From the human T2T-CHM13v2.0 reference genome, Homo sapiens: DNA of 64,000 nt. The notes beneath the pieces are model-generated. The model did no database searches. It had not been told where the DNA came from and was given only the letters and a program-made list of their open reading frames with translations. The stretch is from the NCBI RefSeq assembly GCF_009914755.1, contig NC_060941.1; one strand, written 5' to 3'. Made by a program: the position numbers and the translations under genes. Below are positions 1 to 16,801 of the stretch, one piece after another. The stretch's first letter is position 1, and each line of letters opens with the position of its first letter.

Positions 1-1510
<1,510 letters not shown>

Positions 1511-1569
1511 AGTAAATGAAACAACAAGTAAGACTAAGGAGTGATGGGGGGGCTAAGGAAATTGCTTTT

Positions 1570-1870
1570 ATTTTATACAAGTTTATTGAAAACCACCTGT
1601 ACTTATCCCTGAGAGAGGATGCAGATATGGCCCCTGCTTATTAGAAGCACAGGTCTGAGGGGGGGAGGCAGATCCAGATCCAGACCCAGCCAATCATGGC
1701 TGAAGGTGATCAGTGCTGTGACAAAGGAGTCCCAGGGACTGAAGGGCCCAAGAAAGCCCCAGTCCATCCTGGAGGTCAGGGAAAGCTCCCTGGGGATGGA
1801 AAGAAATGGGTTGTATAGGAATTTGCCAGGAGAAGAGGTGGGAGAAGATGGAGCAACATGAGCAAAGGGT
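1570..1870 (-). mobile_element. L2 (LINE2) 3' fragment
   Basis: tttattga...ggcccctgc...ggtcagggaaagctccctgg pattern typical of antisense L2. Confidence 0.55.
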
Positions 1871-1899
1871 GAGGAATGAGAAGAACTAAGCAAATGTGC

Positions 1900-2560
1900 A
1901 GGAGAAATAAATGGAGCTTCTAGAAATTTAACACCTGGTAACATATTAAAAACTCAATGGAGAGTTTAAACGACAGTTTAGACAAAGCTGAATAGAGAAT
2001 TCATGATCTGGAAGATGGATTTGAAGAAATTATCCAGAATTCAACCCAGAAAGAAAAATAAATGGAAAATGGGGGCAGGGGGGAAAGAAGAATTCAACCT
2101 GAGAAAGCTGAAGGAGGAGGAGGAGGAGGAGGAGGAGGAGGAGGTGGCAGCAGTAGCAAGGAGAAGGAGAAGAAGAAGGAGGAGGAGAAGGAGAAGGATG
2201 AGGAGGAGGGAGAGGAGAAGAAGAAGAAGACGAAGAAGAAGAGGAGGAGGAGGAAGAGGAGGAGGAGAAAACAAAGAAAAAAAGTGGTTAGGAGCCAGGG
2301 AGAATACAACAGGAAGAGCTAACATAGGTAGCAGTTCCAGACAGAGAAGGGAAAACGAGACAAATTCAATATTTGAAAACATGAAGTCTGACTTTTTTTC
2401 CATATCTAATAAGCACCACCAAATGCATAGATTCTAGAGATCCAATGAATCCCAAGCAAGATAGGTAGGAAGAAATTCATGTCTGGACATATTGTAGTGA
2501 AAATATAGAACACCAAAGTCAAAGAGGAGATCCTAGAAGCAACCAGAGAGAAAGCAGAGG
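1900..2560 (+). mobile_element. Old L1M ORF1 remnant, interrupted by a GA-rich expansion
   Basis: Degenerate ORF1p-like translation: LNDSLDKAE*RIHDLEDGFEEIIQN (coiled coil) and HIVVKI*NTKVKEEILEATRE (RRM/CTD). Confidence 0.75.
2112..2270 (+). repeat. (GGA)n/(AGA)n polypurine triplet repeat
   Basis: About 10 perfect GGA units followed by mixed GGA/AGA; almost entirely purine. Confidence 0.95.
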
Positions 2561-2714
2561 AGATTCTTTAAGTGTTTCAGTGTTGCAACAGTGAGATATT
2601 CAAAGGCAGGGAGTATAGGGAAATGGGGCTCTAGTAGAGCCAATTATTAAGGGTGATTTTGAGCCAGAGGAGTGATACGATGAGATCTGTGTTTCAGAAT
2701 CTGAGTATGGAAAG

Positions 2715-3360
<646 letters not shown>

Positions 3361-3545
3361 AAAGATGCGGTTCTACTCAGCGTCATCTGATTGCTACCCT
3401 GTAAAAGTGCAGCCCCAGAGTTCTGAGCTTCTGATATCCCAAAAGAAATGGAAACAGGTGGCCCCTGGATGAAGGAGGAGGTCAGGGGTGGCTGGAAGGC
3501 AGGTCCTGGGGAGTGTAGGGGCTGGAAGAAGACGGAGGGGGAAGG

Positions 3546-4060
3546 TGTGGTAGACACTATTATAATAGCTGACTGATCCTTGTGTACCATTCCCAATTCC
3601 CCTCTTCCCTGCTGCTTTCCACTGTGGAGGCTGGAAAAGAGAAACTACTTACCTTCTCAGCCTTTGTTGCAGCTGGGAGTGACCATGTGACACAGTTTTG
3701 GCCAATGACATCTAAGGAGTCTCATTAGATCTCATTATGTGTGTGTGGCAGGGGTGGGGGTGGGGGGTGAGGGGGGCGGGGTGCCTGGGAAATTATTGAC
3801 GAAAGTGACAAACGCTTTCAATTAACCCTGAAAGTAACCATTCCTTTTCCTTTCTGTCTTAAATGCGGAGGCAGATGCAACGCCAGGAGCAGCATCAGCC
3901 ACGCTGTAAACAAGGGGGAAACGCCAAGCGCATTACAGAGGACGTCAGCCCTGCCATCACTGGGCTGGGGAAACAATGCCAGCCATGGCTGGTCTCCGGG
4001 TTCACAGTGATAGGGGAAATAAACCCTTATTTGTCTAAGCCATTGTGATTTGTTTTCCTT
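3546..4060 (+). mobile_element. ERVL/MaLR-class solo LTR (subfamily uncertain)
   Basis: tgtggtagaca start; ccatgtgacacagttttggccaatga; aaataaacccttatttgtctaagcca near the 3' end. Confidence 0.6.
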
Positions 4061-4295
4061 TTTTTTTTTTTTTCAGCCACTTTACAGAAGAGGGATATTT
4101 GTTAAAATTCAGAAGGAGAGAGAAAAGGAGAGACTGCGCAGGTTGAAACGGTGGTGGGAAAATGTCAAAGAGAGAGAGACTTTGTTTGCAGGTGGCAGGG
4201 GCCTGAGCACGATTTTGTCACAATAGCAGATTGAGCACAGGATGTGCCAGGCACAGCGCTTTATACTGATCGACGCGTTTTAAAAATATTTTGTA

Positions 4296-4751
<456 letters not shown>

Positions 4752-4929
4752 AGAACGCATTTAGTTCTCACTGCAACTTTCTGAGGCAGGCTGTGCTGTT
4801 ATCCCCACCACACAGAGGGAACTGCGGTGCTCTTCTTAGACAAGAAAAGCGCCAGCCAGCGGGTGGTGAGGCAGGATTTGAACTCGAGCACACGGAGCCC
4901 ATCCAGTCCCGATGGACTGACTCCTCCGT

Positions 4930-5850
4930 CAGCGGAGGAGGGAGCGAGTCGTTAGGTGAACAGTGAGTGTCTCAGGGTCCCGAGTGTGAGGTGGGGCGTC
5001 GGATGTGTCGCGGGGTCCTGCCTGGCCGTGTCCGGGCCGAGGCAGGGGAGGACGATCCGGGGCAGGGCAGCCAGCACTGCTCTCCCTGAGGGCCGGGGCT
5101 GTGCGCGCTGCGCGGTCTGTGCGTGGGATACGCCGGGCCCCGCCTCGCCTTCCCGCCCCGTCTCCCAGTCCTCCGCCCTGGCCCTGCCATAGGGAGCCCG
5201 GCCCGGGGGTTCTGCGGCTGCCGCAGCCCTGACAGGGGCCGGGGACGTGGAGGGAGCGGGCCGGCGCTGGCGCAGCCGCAGAACTGTGCAGGAGAGACTG
5301 TGACCCCGGTGGCCCTCTCTGAGTCTTGGTTTCTTCCTCCGTGAAATGGGGCTTGAGCAGCGCCTCCTCGACGGGGAAGAGGGCCCGCAGAGACAGCGCG
5401 CCAGAGAGTCCAGGGCAGCGCAGGGAAGGAGCCTGTGGATCCCTCCCAGACCCATCCCACCGCCGATCCCGCCCAGGGGCGGCCCAGAGCATTTCCTGAA
5501 GGGCCTCAGGAAATACCAGGCCCCCGCCCCCAACCCTCCCGCCACCCCCGCCGCCCCCGCCCGTCCGCCCGCTAGCGTCCAGCTCCCTGGCCGCCCCTCC
5601 CCCGCCTCCTTCCGGCCGGCCCCCTGCTCGCATCTTGGCTTGCTGAGGCTGCGGGTCTTGGCCGGGCCTTCGAGAATCCCCCGCCGCCTCCCCTTCTGGA
5701 TGTATCTGCGCCGCCTCCTTTCTCCCTCCCCTTCCTTCCAGCCCTTCATTCCCTCGGGGCGGGCGGGCAGGCCGGCAGGCCCCGCGCAAACCTGGGGAAA
5801 GGTAGGTGGAGGGTGCGGGGTCCGATAACTGGCGGCCACACCCAGTAGGC
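4930..5850. promoter_or_regulatory. CpG island, candidate distal promoter
   Basis: Very GC- and CpG-dense non-repeat DNA with many GC boxes (ccccgccc) at 5520-5610. Confidence 0.85.
5630..5801 (+). other. Candidate non-coding first exon (start approximate), possibly a distal EPN2 5' exon
   Basis: Donor AAG|GTAGGT at 5801/5802 directly downstream of the GC-box cluster. Confidence 0.45.
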
Positions 5851-6859
5851 CAGGCAGCTGCAGGAAAGAGGTTAAAGGAGTTGGAAGAGATTCTGGGAAC
5901 TCGGGGAAGGAATCAGGGAAAGCTGCCTGGAGGAGGCGACATTTAAGTTTGGACTGGAAGAGCAAGGCGGGTCAGACAATAATTCATGTATTTACCAAGC
6001 ATTTATCGAGCACTTACTGTGTTCAAGACCCTGGGGTTGGGGCAGGAGGCAAGATAACTGTGTCCTTATGGGTTTTGCAGTAGGGAAAACAGTGAAGGCA
6101 ACCATCTCACAAACTGCTGGAGTTGAGACCACCAGAGGGGACAATAGAATGTTAGTTCCATTTGATCAATGAGACCAGAGAGGACTGGGGTGAAATTACT
6201 TTCCCACAGTCACAAGTAGTAGAACTGGGATTCGAACGTGTGCTACTGTAACATGAGCCCCTAACCACAGGAGTCTCTGTGGCTTTTCAAAGCAGACACG
6301 CTGCTGCACACAGGAGCAGCTGCCAGCCTGCCTTGCAGCAGCCATGGCCATGCTGCAGGGCCCACCCGGGGCAGGTGCTGGCAGAGGGGACAGCCAGCCA
6401 CTGGTGGGAGATCTTGCCCTGGGAGAGGCAGCAGCGGAAATTGCTGTGGGATGGTGGAGGCTGTGGTGGCCATGATGTGGTTGCTTCGGGGCCCCTGTGG
6501 TTCCAACCAGGGCACTGTGCCTGCCTTCTGTGGCTTCTTCACCCACAGAGAACCCTCACTGGGGCCATGTCCTGCTTCCTGGAGCTGAGATTGAGTCTGG
6601 GAGCCCAGGTGGAACCCTTCTCACTCTCTGGGGACCTCCCACCCTTTATCTCCTGGGAGGCTGGGCTAGCATTCCTGCTTTATAGAAGAGGAAACCAGGG
6701 TCAGAGAGGCATGATGGCTCGTCCAGGGCCACACAGCAGAAGGCCCGTGTCTGCTCAATGACTGAAGATACGCGGCTCTTTTCTTGATTCTCCATTCATT
6801 CGTTCATTCACTCACTCACTGTAACACACGCACATATCCTCTGGGTACTCACTATTCCA

Positions 6860-7251
6860 TTGCACAGCAACCTGAAGGCTTCCAGCTAAGCTTGAGCACC
6901 TGAGGACCAGCGACTCTGCCTGGGGGCTTCATCCAGCAGCTGCAGCCTGCTGGCCCCTGCCCCAGAAGGCCACCGTGGTGCTAGAGTAGGCTGTAAAGTG
7001 CTATCCCCCGAGTAGCCTTGATGCACAACTGACCTGGTGAGAGTTAGTGATAAACAGTTCTGCATCATCGCCCAAGGTTCCCCAGCTGTCCATAGTGTTA
7101 TGTGCTCATTCCCATACCCTTTGTTGGCTCCTTCCCTTCCCTGTATCATTTTCCTGACAACCTGAAGGTGATTCTTGGGATCTCATTCAAGCCAAAAACC
7201 TTGCACTGGAATATTTTTCCGGACTGGGCTTCTGAGGGTAGCAAATGAAGA
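6860..7251 (+). mobile_element. LTR16-like ERVL solo LTR
   Basis: 3' end ...aaaaccttgcactggaat...ggcttctgagggtagcaaatgaagaca resembles the LTR16 terminus. Confidence 0.55.
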
Positions 7252-7994
7252 CATTCATTTATTCAGTCTTCAAACACGATTGACCTAACCTGAGCCCGCC
7301 CCATGCTGGGCTCTGGGGGTGTGGGCATGATTCATAGGCATTTTCTGGCCTCCAGAGCCCCTTGCTTGACGGAAGAGGCAGGAACAGCTTCTGATGATTC
7401 TAACCCAGTGTGGTTAATGACGTGACCACATCTCCAGGGAGAATGACCCCTTCTGCCTGGGAGGTCAAGCGGCATCTCCAAAGATGTTCCCTTCCAGCTT
7501 GGCTTTGAAGGATGAGGAGGTGTTCCCCATCGGGACCAGGGGGCTGGGGAAATGGCATTCTTGGCAAAGAGAACAGCATGTGCAGACCAGGAGCAGGAGC
7601 AAGGAGGGGCTGACAGATGGTGGCACTAGGGACGTTGGCAGGGTCAGACTGTGCCAGCCTTGAAGGCCAGGGGAGACCCTGGGACTGTGGCGTGGTCATG
7701 GGAAACCACCACTGACAGTTTTGGAGCAAGGGCAGGATTTGGTTTTAGGAAACGCACTTTCTCTGGAAAGACCTACAGGTTTAACGGTCCTTCCTTCCTC
7801 ATTGTAACTCCCAGCAAGTCAAGGGAGTCCACCCTGGTGCAGCTGAACAGCAGCATCGCTATACGTGGAGCTCTTATTAACACTTCATTCACTGGGTCTT
7901 CACACCCTTGAGTGAAGCATCCTTTTTAGTAACCTCTTTTTATAAGTGGGGAAACTGAGGCACGGTACAGGACTCAATCAAGGTCCCATAGCTA

Positions 7995-8640
<646 letters not shown>

Positions 8641-9346
8641 AGAAGCTGTGTTTCTTTGGCTTTAAGCCCATCCTCTACGTTGCGCCACTGCCATGCTTTT
8701 CAGAGGCTAGAGGGCTCCAGGAACCACCTTCTTTCCCCGGCACAGCCCTGGGGGTGGGTGGGTGGGCAGAGAAGGGACAAGCAGCCCAAGTCACAGCCAG
8801 GGATGGAGACAGCATGGCTTCTTTCGGAGAAATGAAGAAGCAGGAGTGTTATTCTTGGCCAGGATGGGAAACGGGTTGGAATCTTGGCTCCTATGCTCAC
8901 CAGCCATGTGGTCTGTGGCAAGCCACATCCTCTCTCTGTGTCTTGACTTACCCATCTGTAAAATGGTGGCTCCTCATAACCCCCACCTCATAGGGCTGTT
9001 GTGAAGATTGAACGTACTGAAGACTCAAATTCTTAGTACACTGCCAGGCACGTAGGAAGAGCTCTTAGAGTGTTATTTTATAGCCCTCATTTGAGAGGGT
9101 GTGGGCAGGAGCACAGCCTCTGGGCTCCAATCCACAAACTGCCATCTACTAGTCCATTTGTGAGCTGGCTGGTAAATTCACCTTCCTGGGCCTCAGTTTC
9201 TTCATCAGTAAAATGGGATAATGATGGTGCCTTCCTAGTTGGGTTGTGGTGAAGGTTAAATGAGATGCCATGTGGAAGTGCAGAGGAGAAGGGCTGCTAT
9301 AAGGGGCTCCAGGTGGGTGCTGCTGTTATGATTGGGCACCTACTGC

Positions 9347-9461
9347 ATGCTGTGTCCCTGCATACAGGAGTCGACCTTTGAGACCTGCTTATTCATGGCT
9401 GTTTCACGGATGTCGAAGTGGAGGCTCAGCAGGGTTGGAGGTTCCCGGAGTCTCCCAGCTG
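9347..9461 (+). CDS. Candidate coding exon 1 of an uncharacterised small spliced ORF (MLCPCIQESTFETCLFMAVSRMSKWRLSRVGGSRSLPA)
   Basis: TATAAG at 9298-9303, ATG at 9347, donor CTG|GTAAGG at 9461/9462 (phase 1). Confidence 0.35.
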
Positions 9462-9619
9462 GTAAGGGCGGTGTCAGGACTGGAACCCCAGCCAGGCTGA
9501 CTCAGACATCCCTGGGGCCTGAGCCCAGCAGGGCAGCTGTGACTCAAGTTTGCAGGAAGAGGAGGAGGAGGGTGGGGTAAATGGGTGCTTGACGGAAGCC
9601 ACAACCTCTATTCCCTCAG

Positions 9620-9778
9620 AAATGGAAGTGCTTGGTGAGGTTTGGTGTGTCCGAGCCGAAGAGCAGCCAATGACAGGCCTGGGGATCGTCTGGCACAGCC
9701 CACTTGACAAGGCCTTGGAAACTTGGTCTCTGCAGCAGCAACCGGATTTCAGCCTGGGCCTCGGACACCTCGGCCTGG
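9620..9778 (+). CDS. Candidate coding exon 2 (EMEVLGEVWCVRAEEQPMTGLGIVWHSPLDKALETWSLQQQPDFSLGLGHLGL)
   Basis: Acceptor ctctattccctcag| at 9619 joins exon 1 in frame; donor TGG|GTACGG at 9778; unspliced, the frame stays open to 10005. Confidence 0.35.
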
Positions 9779-9863
9779 GTACGGATGCGACTTGGATGCA
9801 GTCCTTCCCTGGCAGTGGAGGGGATGCCCAGGCTGGCACAGGAGTCTCGGGTCCTCTCCGGCT

Positions 9864-9921
9864 CTACCCCAATCTGCTGTGTGATTTTGGGCCCAGGCAG
9901 GGACCCCTCTGGGCTCTGTTA
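9864..9921 (-). other. MIR-derived exon paralogous to the GRAPL terminal coding exon (NRAQRGPCLGPKSHSRLG*)
   Basis: Minus strand reads ccatttgccttttctccag|t aac aga gcc cag agg ggt ccc tgc ctg ggc cca aaa tca cac agc aga ttg ggg tag. The peptide matches my recollection of the GRAPL C-terminus. No GRAP SH3/SH2 exons are present in the window. Confidence 0.65.
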
Positions 9922-10289
9922 CTGGAGAAAAGGCAAATGGCTGGTACGGGTGGGTCCCCAGCCCTCCTTGCCTGGAGGTCTGCGAGTTGGAGGGCTCTGG
10001 GGTAAAGCCAGAGCCAGGCCCGGGGAGAGCCTAGGCTCATCTCTGGTGAACAGGGTACCCTCTAGCCAAAGCAGGGGCAAGGCGAGGCACATGCCCCTCA
10101 TATGGGAGCTGGGGCTGACCCCCTCTCCTAGCCCTGCACACCTTGAGCACGTGGCCTTGGCCCATCTGCCCTGTGGGTGGACACTTTCCAGCCCTGGGTC
10201 CTGAACTCTACCAATCAGCAGGAACCTAGACTCCTGAGGGGTGCAGCCTGGATGGGAGGTCAGGGAACTGGGTTCCTGAGCGCATCTCT

Positions 10290-10800
10290 GTGCCATTCAT
10301 CTCTCCATTGGTTTCCCAAATGTGGACTGAGCACACACTGTGAGTCAGGCCTGAGCTAGGTTCTAGGGATGCTACTGTCAACAAGACAGATGAAGGTTCC
10401 TGCCCTCATGGAGGGGAGGGAGACAATAAGCAAAGAAATAAATGCATGATGTAATGTCAGCCAGGGAGCGATGCTGCAAAGCAGGGTGGGCGTGGGGAGT
10501 GACGCAGGCCGGGGTTGGGGAGGCATCGTTGTAGTGGTCGGGAAGACTGCTCCGAGAGGCAGACTGAGGGAAGGAGGATGGACATCTAGATGTCTGAGGG
10601 AAGGGCCATTTGGGCAGAGGAAAGAGCACAGGGCTCAGTGTGTGTGGGGGGGAGGTTGGAGGGGGCTCCGTGTGTAAGGGTGCGAATGGGGAAGGGAGGC
10701 AGGCTGCGAGTGGACAGGGCTATATGTAGACTTCATTCTAACTGTGACGCAAAGGCCTTGCAGGGTTTGGGAGGGGGACATGATCTCATTTGGTCTTCCC
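10290..10800 (-). mobile_element. L2 fragment (other L2 pieces at ~5880-6090, 7250-7760, 11420-11900)
   Basis: gagcacacactgtgagtcaggc...caagacagatgaaggttcctgccctcatggag...gggccatttgggcagaggaaagagc. Confidence 0.7.
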
Positions 10801-12234
10801 AATAACTCCCTGCCAGAAAGAGACAGAGCCCCAAATTGCAGTGAGGAAGCTGAGGCTTAGAGGACATCCCTGCACATGTCTGGGGTGTCATATCATCATC
10901 GGAGGAGCTGGGACTCAAACCCAGCTCTGGAACCTGCTCTGTCCCCAGCTCCATGATAACATTGTGTGAGGTGCTGGGTGCAGCTCCCAACTCCTCCCTG
11001 CTCAACCATGCTCTGTTAGCCTGTGGTCTACAGAGTGGCTTCCTCCAGGGATGTCTTGATGTCTTGCCTTTTTTTTTTTTTTTTTTTTGAGACAGGGTGT
11101 TGCTCCATTGCCCAGGCTGAAGTGCAGTGGTGGGATGATAACTCACTGCAGCCTCAACTTCCTGGGCTTAACAGATCCTCCCACCTCAGCCTCTCAAGTA
11201 GCTGAGATTACAGGTGCACACCAATACGCCTGGCTAATTAAAAAACAACAAACAAACAAACAAACAAACAAAAATATGTTTTTTTTGTAGAGATGGGGTC
11301 TCACTGGGTTGCCCAGGCTGGTCTGAAACTCTTGCCCTCAAGTGATCCTCCCGTCTCAGACTCTCCAAGTGCTAGGATTGAGCCACCACGCCCATCTGGG
11401 ATGCCTTGTCTTTTATACCTTTACTCCACAAATATGTGCTTAGGCATTGCTTGCTGTGGCCAGAACCTTGCAGGGGTGAGAGACACAGGTAAATGAGAGC
11501 TGGTCCCAGCCCTCCCTCAGAAAGCTGCTGGACCACAGGGTGACAAAACTGAAGCTGTCTGTCACATCCGGGAGCAGGTGCTATGAGGATAAGCAGCCAG
11601 AGAAGACCCCTAACTTGATCTGTGGCCATCAAAGAAGGCACCCAAGGCAGGATGCCTCCCTGAATCCTAAAGCCAATTAGCAGTCAGCCAGGACAGCTGC
11701 TAGAGGGGGTCTAAGGGGGAGTGGAGAGGATGTTCCAGGCAGAGGGAACAGCAGACAGGAAGGCTCAGAGGTGAGTGTGAGCAGGCAGTCTCAGGGACCC
11801 CAGACAGTTGGTGAGGCTGCAGTGCTCAGGGGAGGTGTGCCAACAGGTAAGCTGGCAGGGCCGGGTCCCTGGGGGCTGGCTTGTCCTTTCTGCCATTGTC
11901 TGAGAGAGTGGGTGGCTGGTATCTGGTGGCCCAGATGAAGATAATGGAGATGCAATTGTGTTCTTCTTTCTGCTCAGTGCCTCTCAGTTAAGGACATTTG
12001 CAAAAATTAATAACAGCATATGCTTTTATGTCCTCCACTTAAATTTCCTTTGGATTAAAGAAAGTAACGGAGGGAAAGGAAGAAAAGCAGGAAGGAGCGA
12101 GAGAGGGAGGGGAGAAAGAGACAAAAGAAGGAAAATAATTTGGGGAAAAAAAATTTGTCCTTTTCTGGGCTAAGATAGCCCCAGCCTTTGCATTTTCTCA
12201 CCCACTGAGTCACCAGCCTCCTGCCCTCTTTCAG

Positions 12235-12360
12235 GACTGTACATCTTGGCCTCTTACCTACTGTGTCCGCGTCAGCCTCCCTCACAGCCTGATGGCCCCT
12301 GCGGCAGCCCCAACCCGGTTTCAGGGGCTAAGAAAACTACAGTTGCATGAACGGGTGGAG
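12235..12360 (+). other. Candidate 126-bp exon
   Basis: Acceptor cctcctgccctctttcag| at 12234 and consensus donor GAG|GTGAGT at 12360/12361. Confidence 0.4.
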
Positions 12361-13538
12361 GTGAGTGGGAGGCAGAAGCGGCGGGGAGAACCAGTCTGTT
12401 CCGAGATCTCTGGACCAACCAGTGGATCCTGATGGTCAGCCTTGTCTAGAGCCCCTTCCAGCGTGCAGGCCAGTCCTCCTGGCATTCTTCTAATTACACC
12501 GAGCTGTGAGTTATGTGTGCCAAGTATGTGCTGGATTTTGTACCAAGTGCTTTCCATTCATCAGTTCAGGGTAGTGATGCAGGTAGCTCCAGGCTCAGAG
12601 AGGAACAGTGACTTCTCCCAGGTCACACAGCTGGAAAGTGGCTGAGTCTGGATTCAAACCCAGACTTCCTTGTTGCTAGGACCTGTATTTTCAACCACTG
12701 CCTATGCCTCTATAACGAGCCAGCTTATGGCTGTGTTCACGCAAAGAGAAAAGCATCCAAATGGGAAGGCTGGAGAATTCAAGCAATTTTCCCGCGTGTC
12801 AGACAGTCCTGTTTCCCTCTCCCTTCAAAAAAAGTCCTGGATTATCTCTCTCTCTCTCTCTCTCTTTCTTTTTCCTTTTCCTTTTTGTTTTTTTTCTTTG
12901 TTTGTTCTTTCTTTCTTTCTTTTTTTTTTTTTTTGAAACAGGGTATTACTCTGTTACTCAGGCTGGAGTGCAGTGGTGTGATCACAGCCCACTGCAGCCT
13001 TGATGTACCTGTGTCCCTGGCCTCAGGTGATCCTCCCACCTCAGCCTCCCAAGTAGCTGTGACTATCCCGAGAAGCTGAGACTACAGGTGTGCGCATGCC
13101 ATCACGCCTCACTAATTATTTTACTTTTTGTAAAGACAGGTTTTTTTCGCCATGTTACTCAGACTGGTCTTGAACTCCTGGGCTTGAGTGATCCATCGGC
13201 TCCCAAAGTGTTGGGATTACAGGCATGAGCCACTGCACCTGGCCTGACATCTCAGTCTTGATTTGCACTTTTTGCCCAAAATAATCGAGTGTAAGGCAGG
13301 CCAGAAGTGGTCAGGGGGCAGGGACAGTCCCCAGCAGGGTGGCAAGTCTTTCTGCAACATTTTTGGAATACAAGCAGAAAGTGATTTGCTATTCCACACA
13401 AAACATGATTGGGAGGGCACTGGATGAATACAACTAAGATCTAAGCATTACTTCAACAAATATATACACAGAGCTAAATCAGTATCAGGAAGTAGTGGAG
13501 AAGCACTCAGAATAGGCACAGATCTCCACAGCTGTTAA

Positions 13539-13769
<231 letters not shown>

Positions 13770-13876
13770 TAAAAACAGCCTGGGACAGGCGCCCATCACC
13801 ATGCCTGGCTAATTTTTGTATTTTTTAGTAGAGACGGGGTTTCACCAAATTGGCCAGGCTGGTCTCGAACTCCTGA

Positions 13877-14144
<268 letters not shown>

Positions 14145-14393
14145 TAGAGACGGGGTTTCACCATGTTGGTCAGTCTGGACTCGAACTCCTGACCTTGTGA
14201 TCCGCCCACCTCTGCCTCCGAAAGTGCTGGGATTACAGGCGTGAGCCACTGTGCTCGGTCAGCTGTTTATTGATTTTGAGTATGTTATTGATTTTGTGAA
14301 TGGAGAAGGGATCATCGGGTAGGGTTCTTTGATCTGGAGCAAAAGATATGGATTCTGATTAACCAAAGGGGAAAAAAGAGGGGGGTGGATTTA

Positions 14394-15422
<1,029 letters not shown>

Positions 15423-15656
15423 TGAAACCCCACTGAACATGAAGCAGTTTTGTTCTGTAAATCCTACCTTTGGATCTGAGAACCAAATATAGGTTGAGAT
15501 ACCTGGCCTACCAGTAACCTTTAGTCTAGACTATGGAATTTCCCTTCTAGAAACTTACCCTGCAGTTAAATTTGCGCAAGAACATGTATGAGAAACAGAA
15601 TGCAGGGTATAATGTACGTCATCTGCTGGGGACTGGTTAAATATAGGAAGGCTTTA

Positions 15657-15971
<315 letters not shown>

Positions 15972-15974
15972 CTA

Positions 15975-16801
<827 letters not shown>

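Noticed and set aside
2003-2437. Poly-E/poly-R/poly-L ORFs on both strands
   Set aside because: Products of the GGA/AGA repeat inside an L1 relic
4929-5965. Long overlapping ORFs (286, 337, 160 aa)
   Set aside because: Stop-codon depletion in a CpG island; open in many frames with no domain
10900-10970. Possible extra exon for the 9347 ORF ending GAG|GTGCTG
   Set aside because: No convincing phase-compatible acceptor; MIR-like sequence
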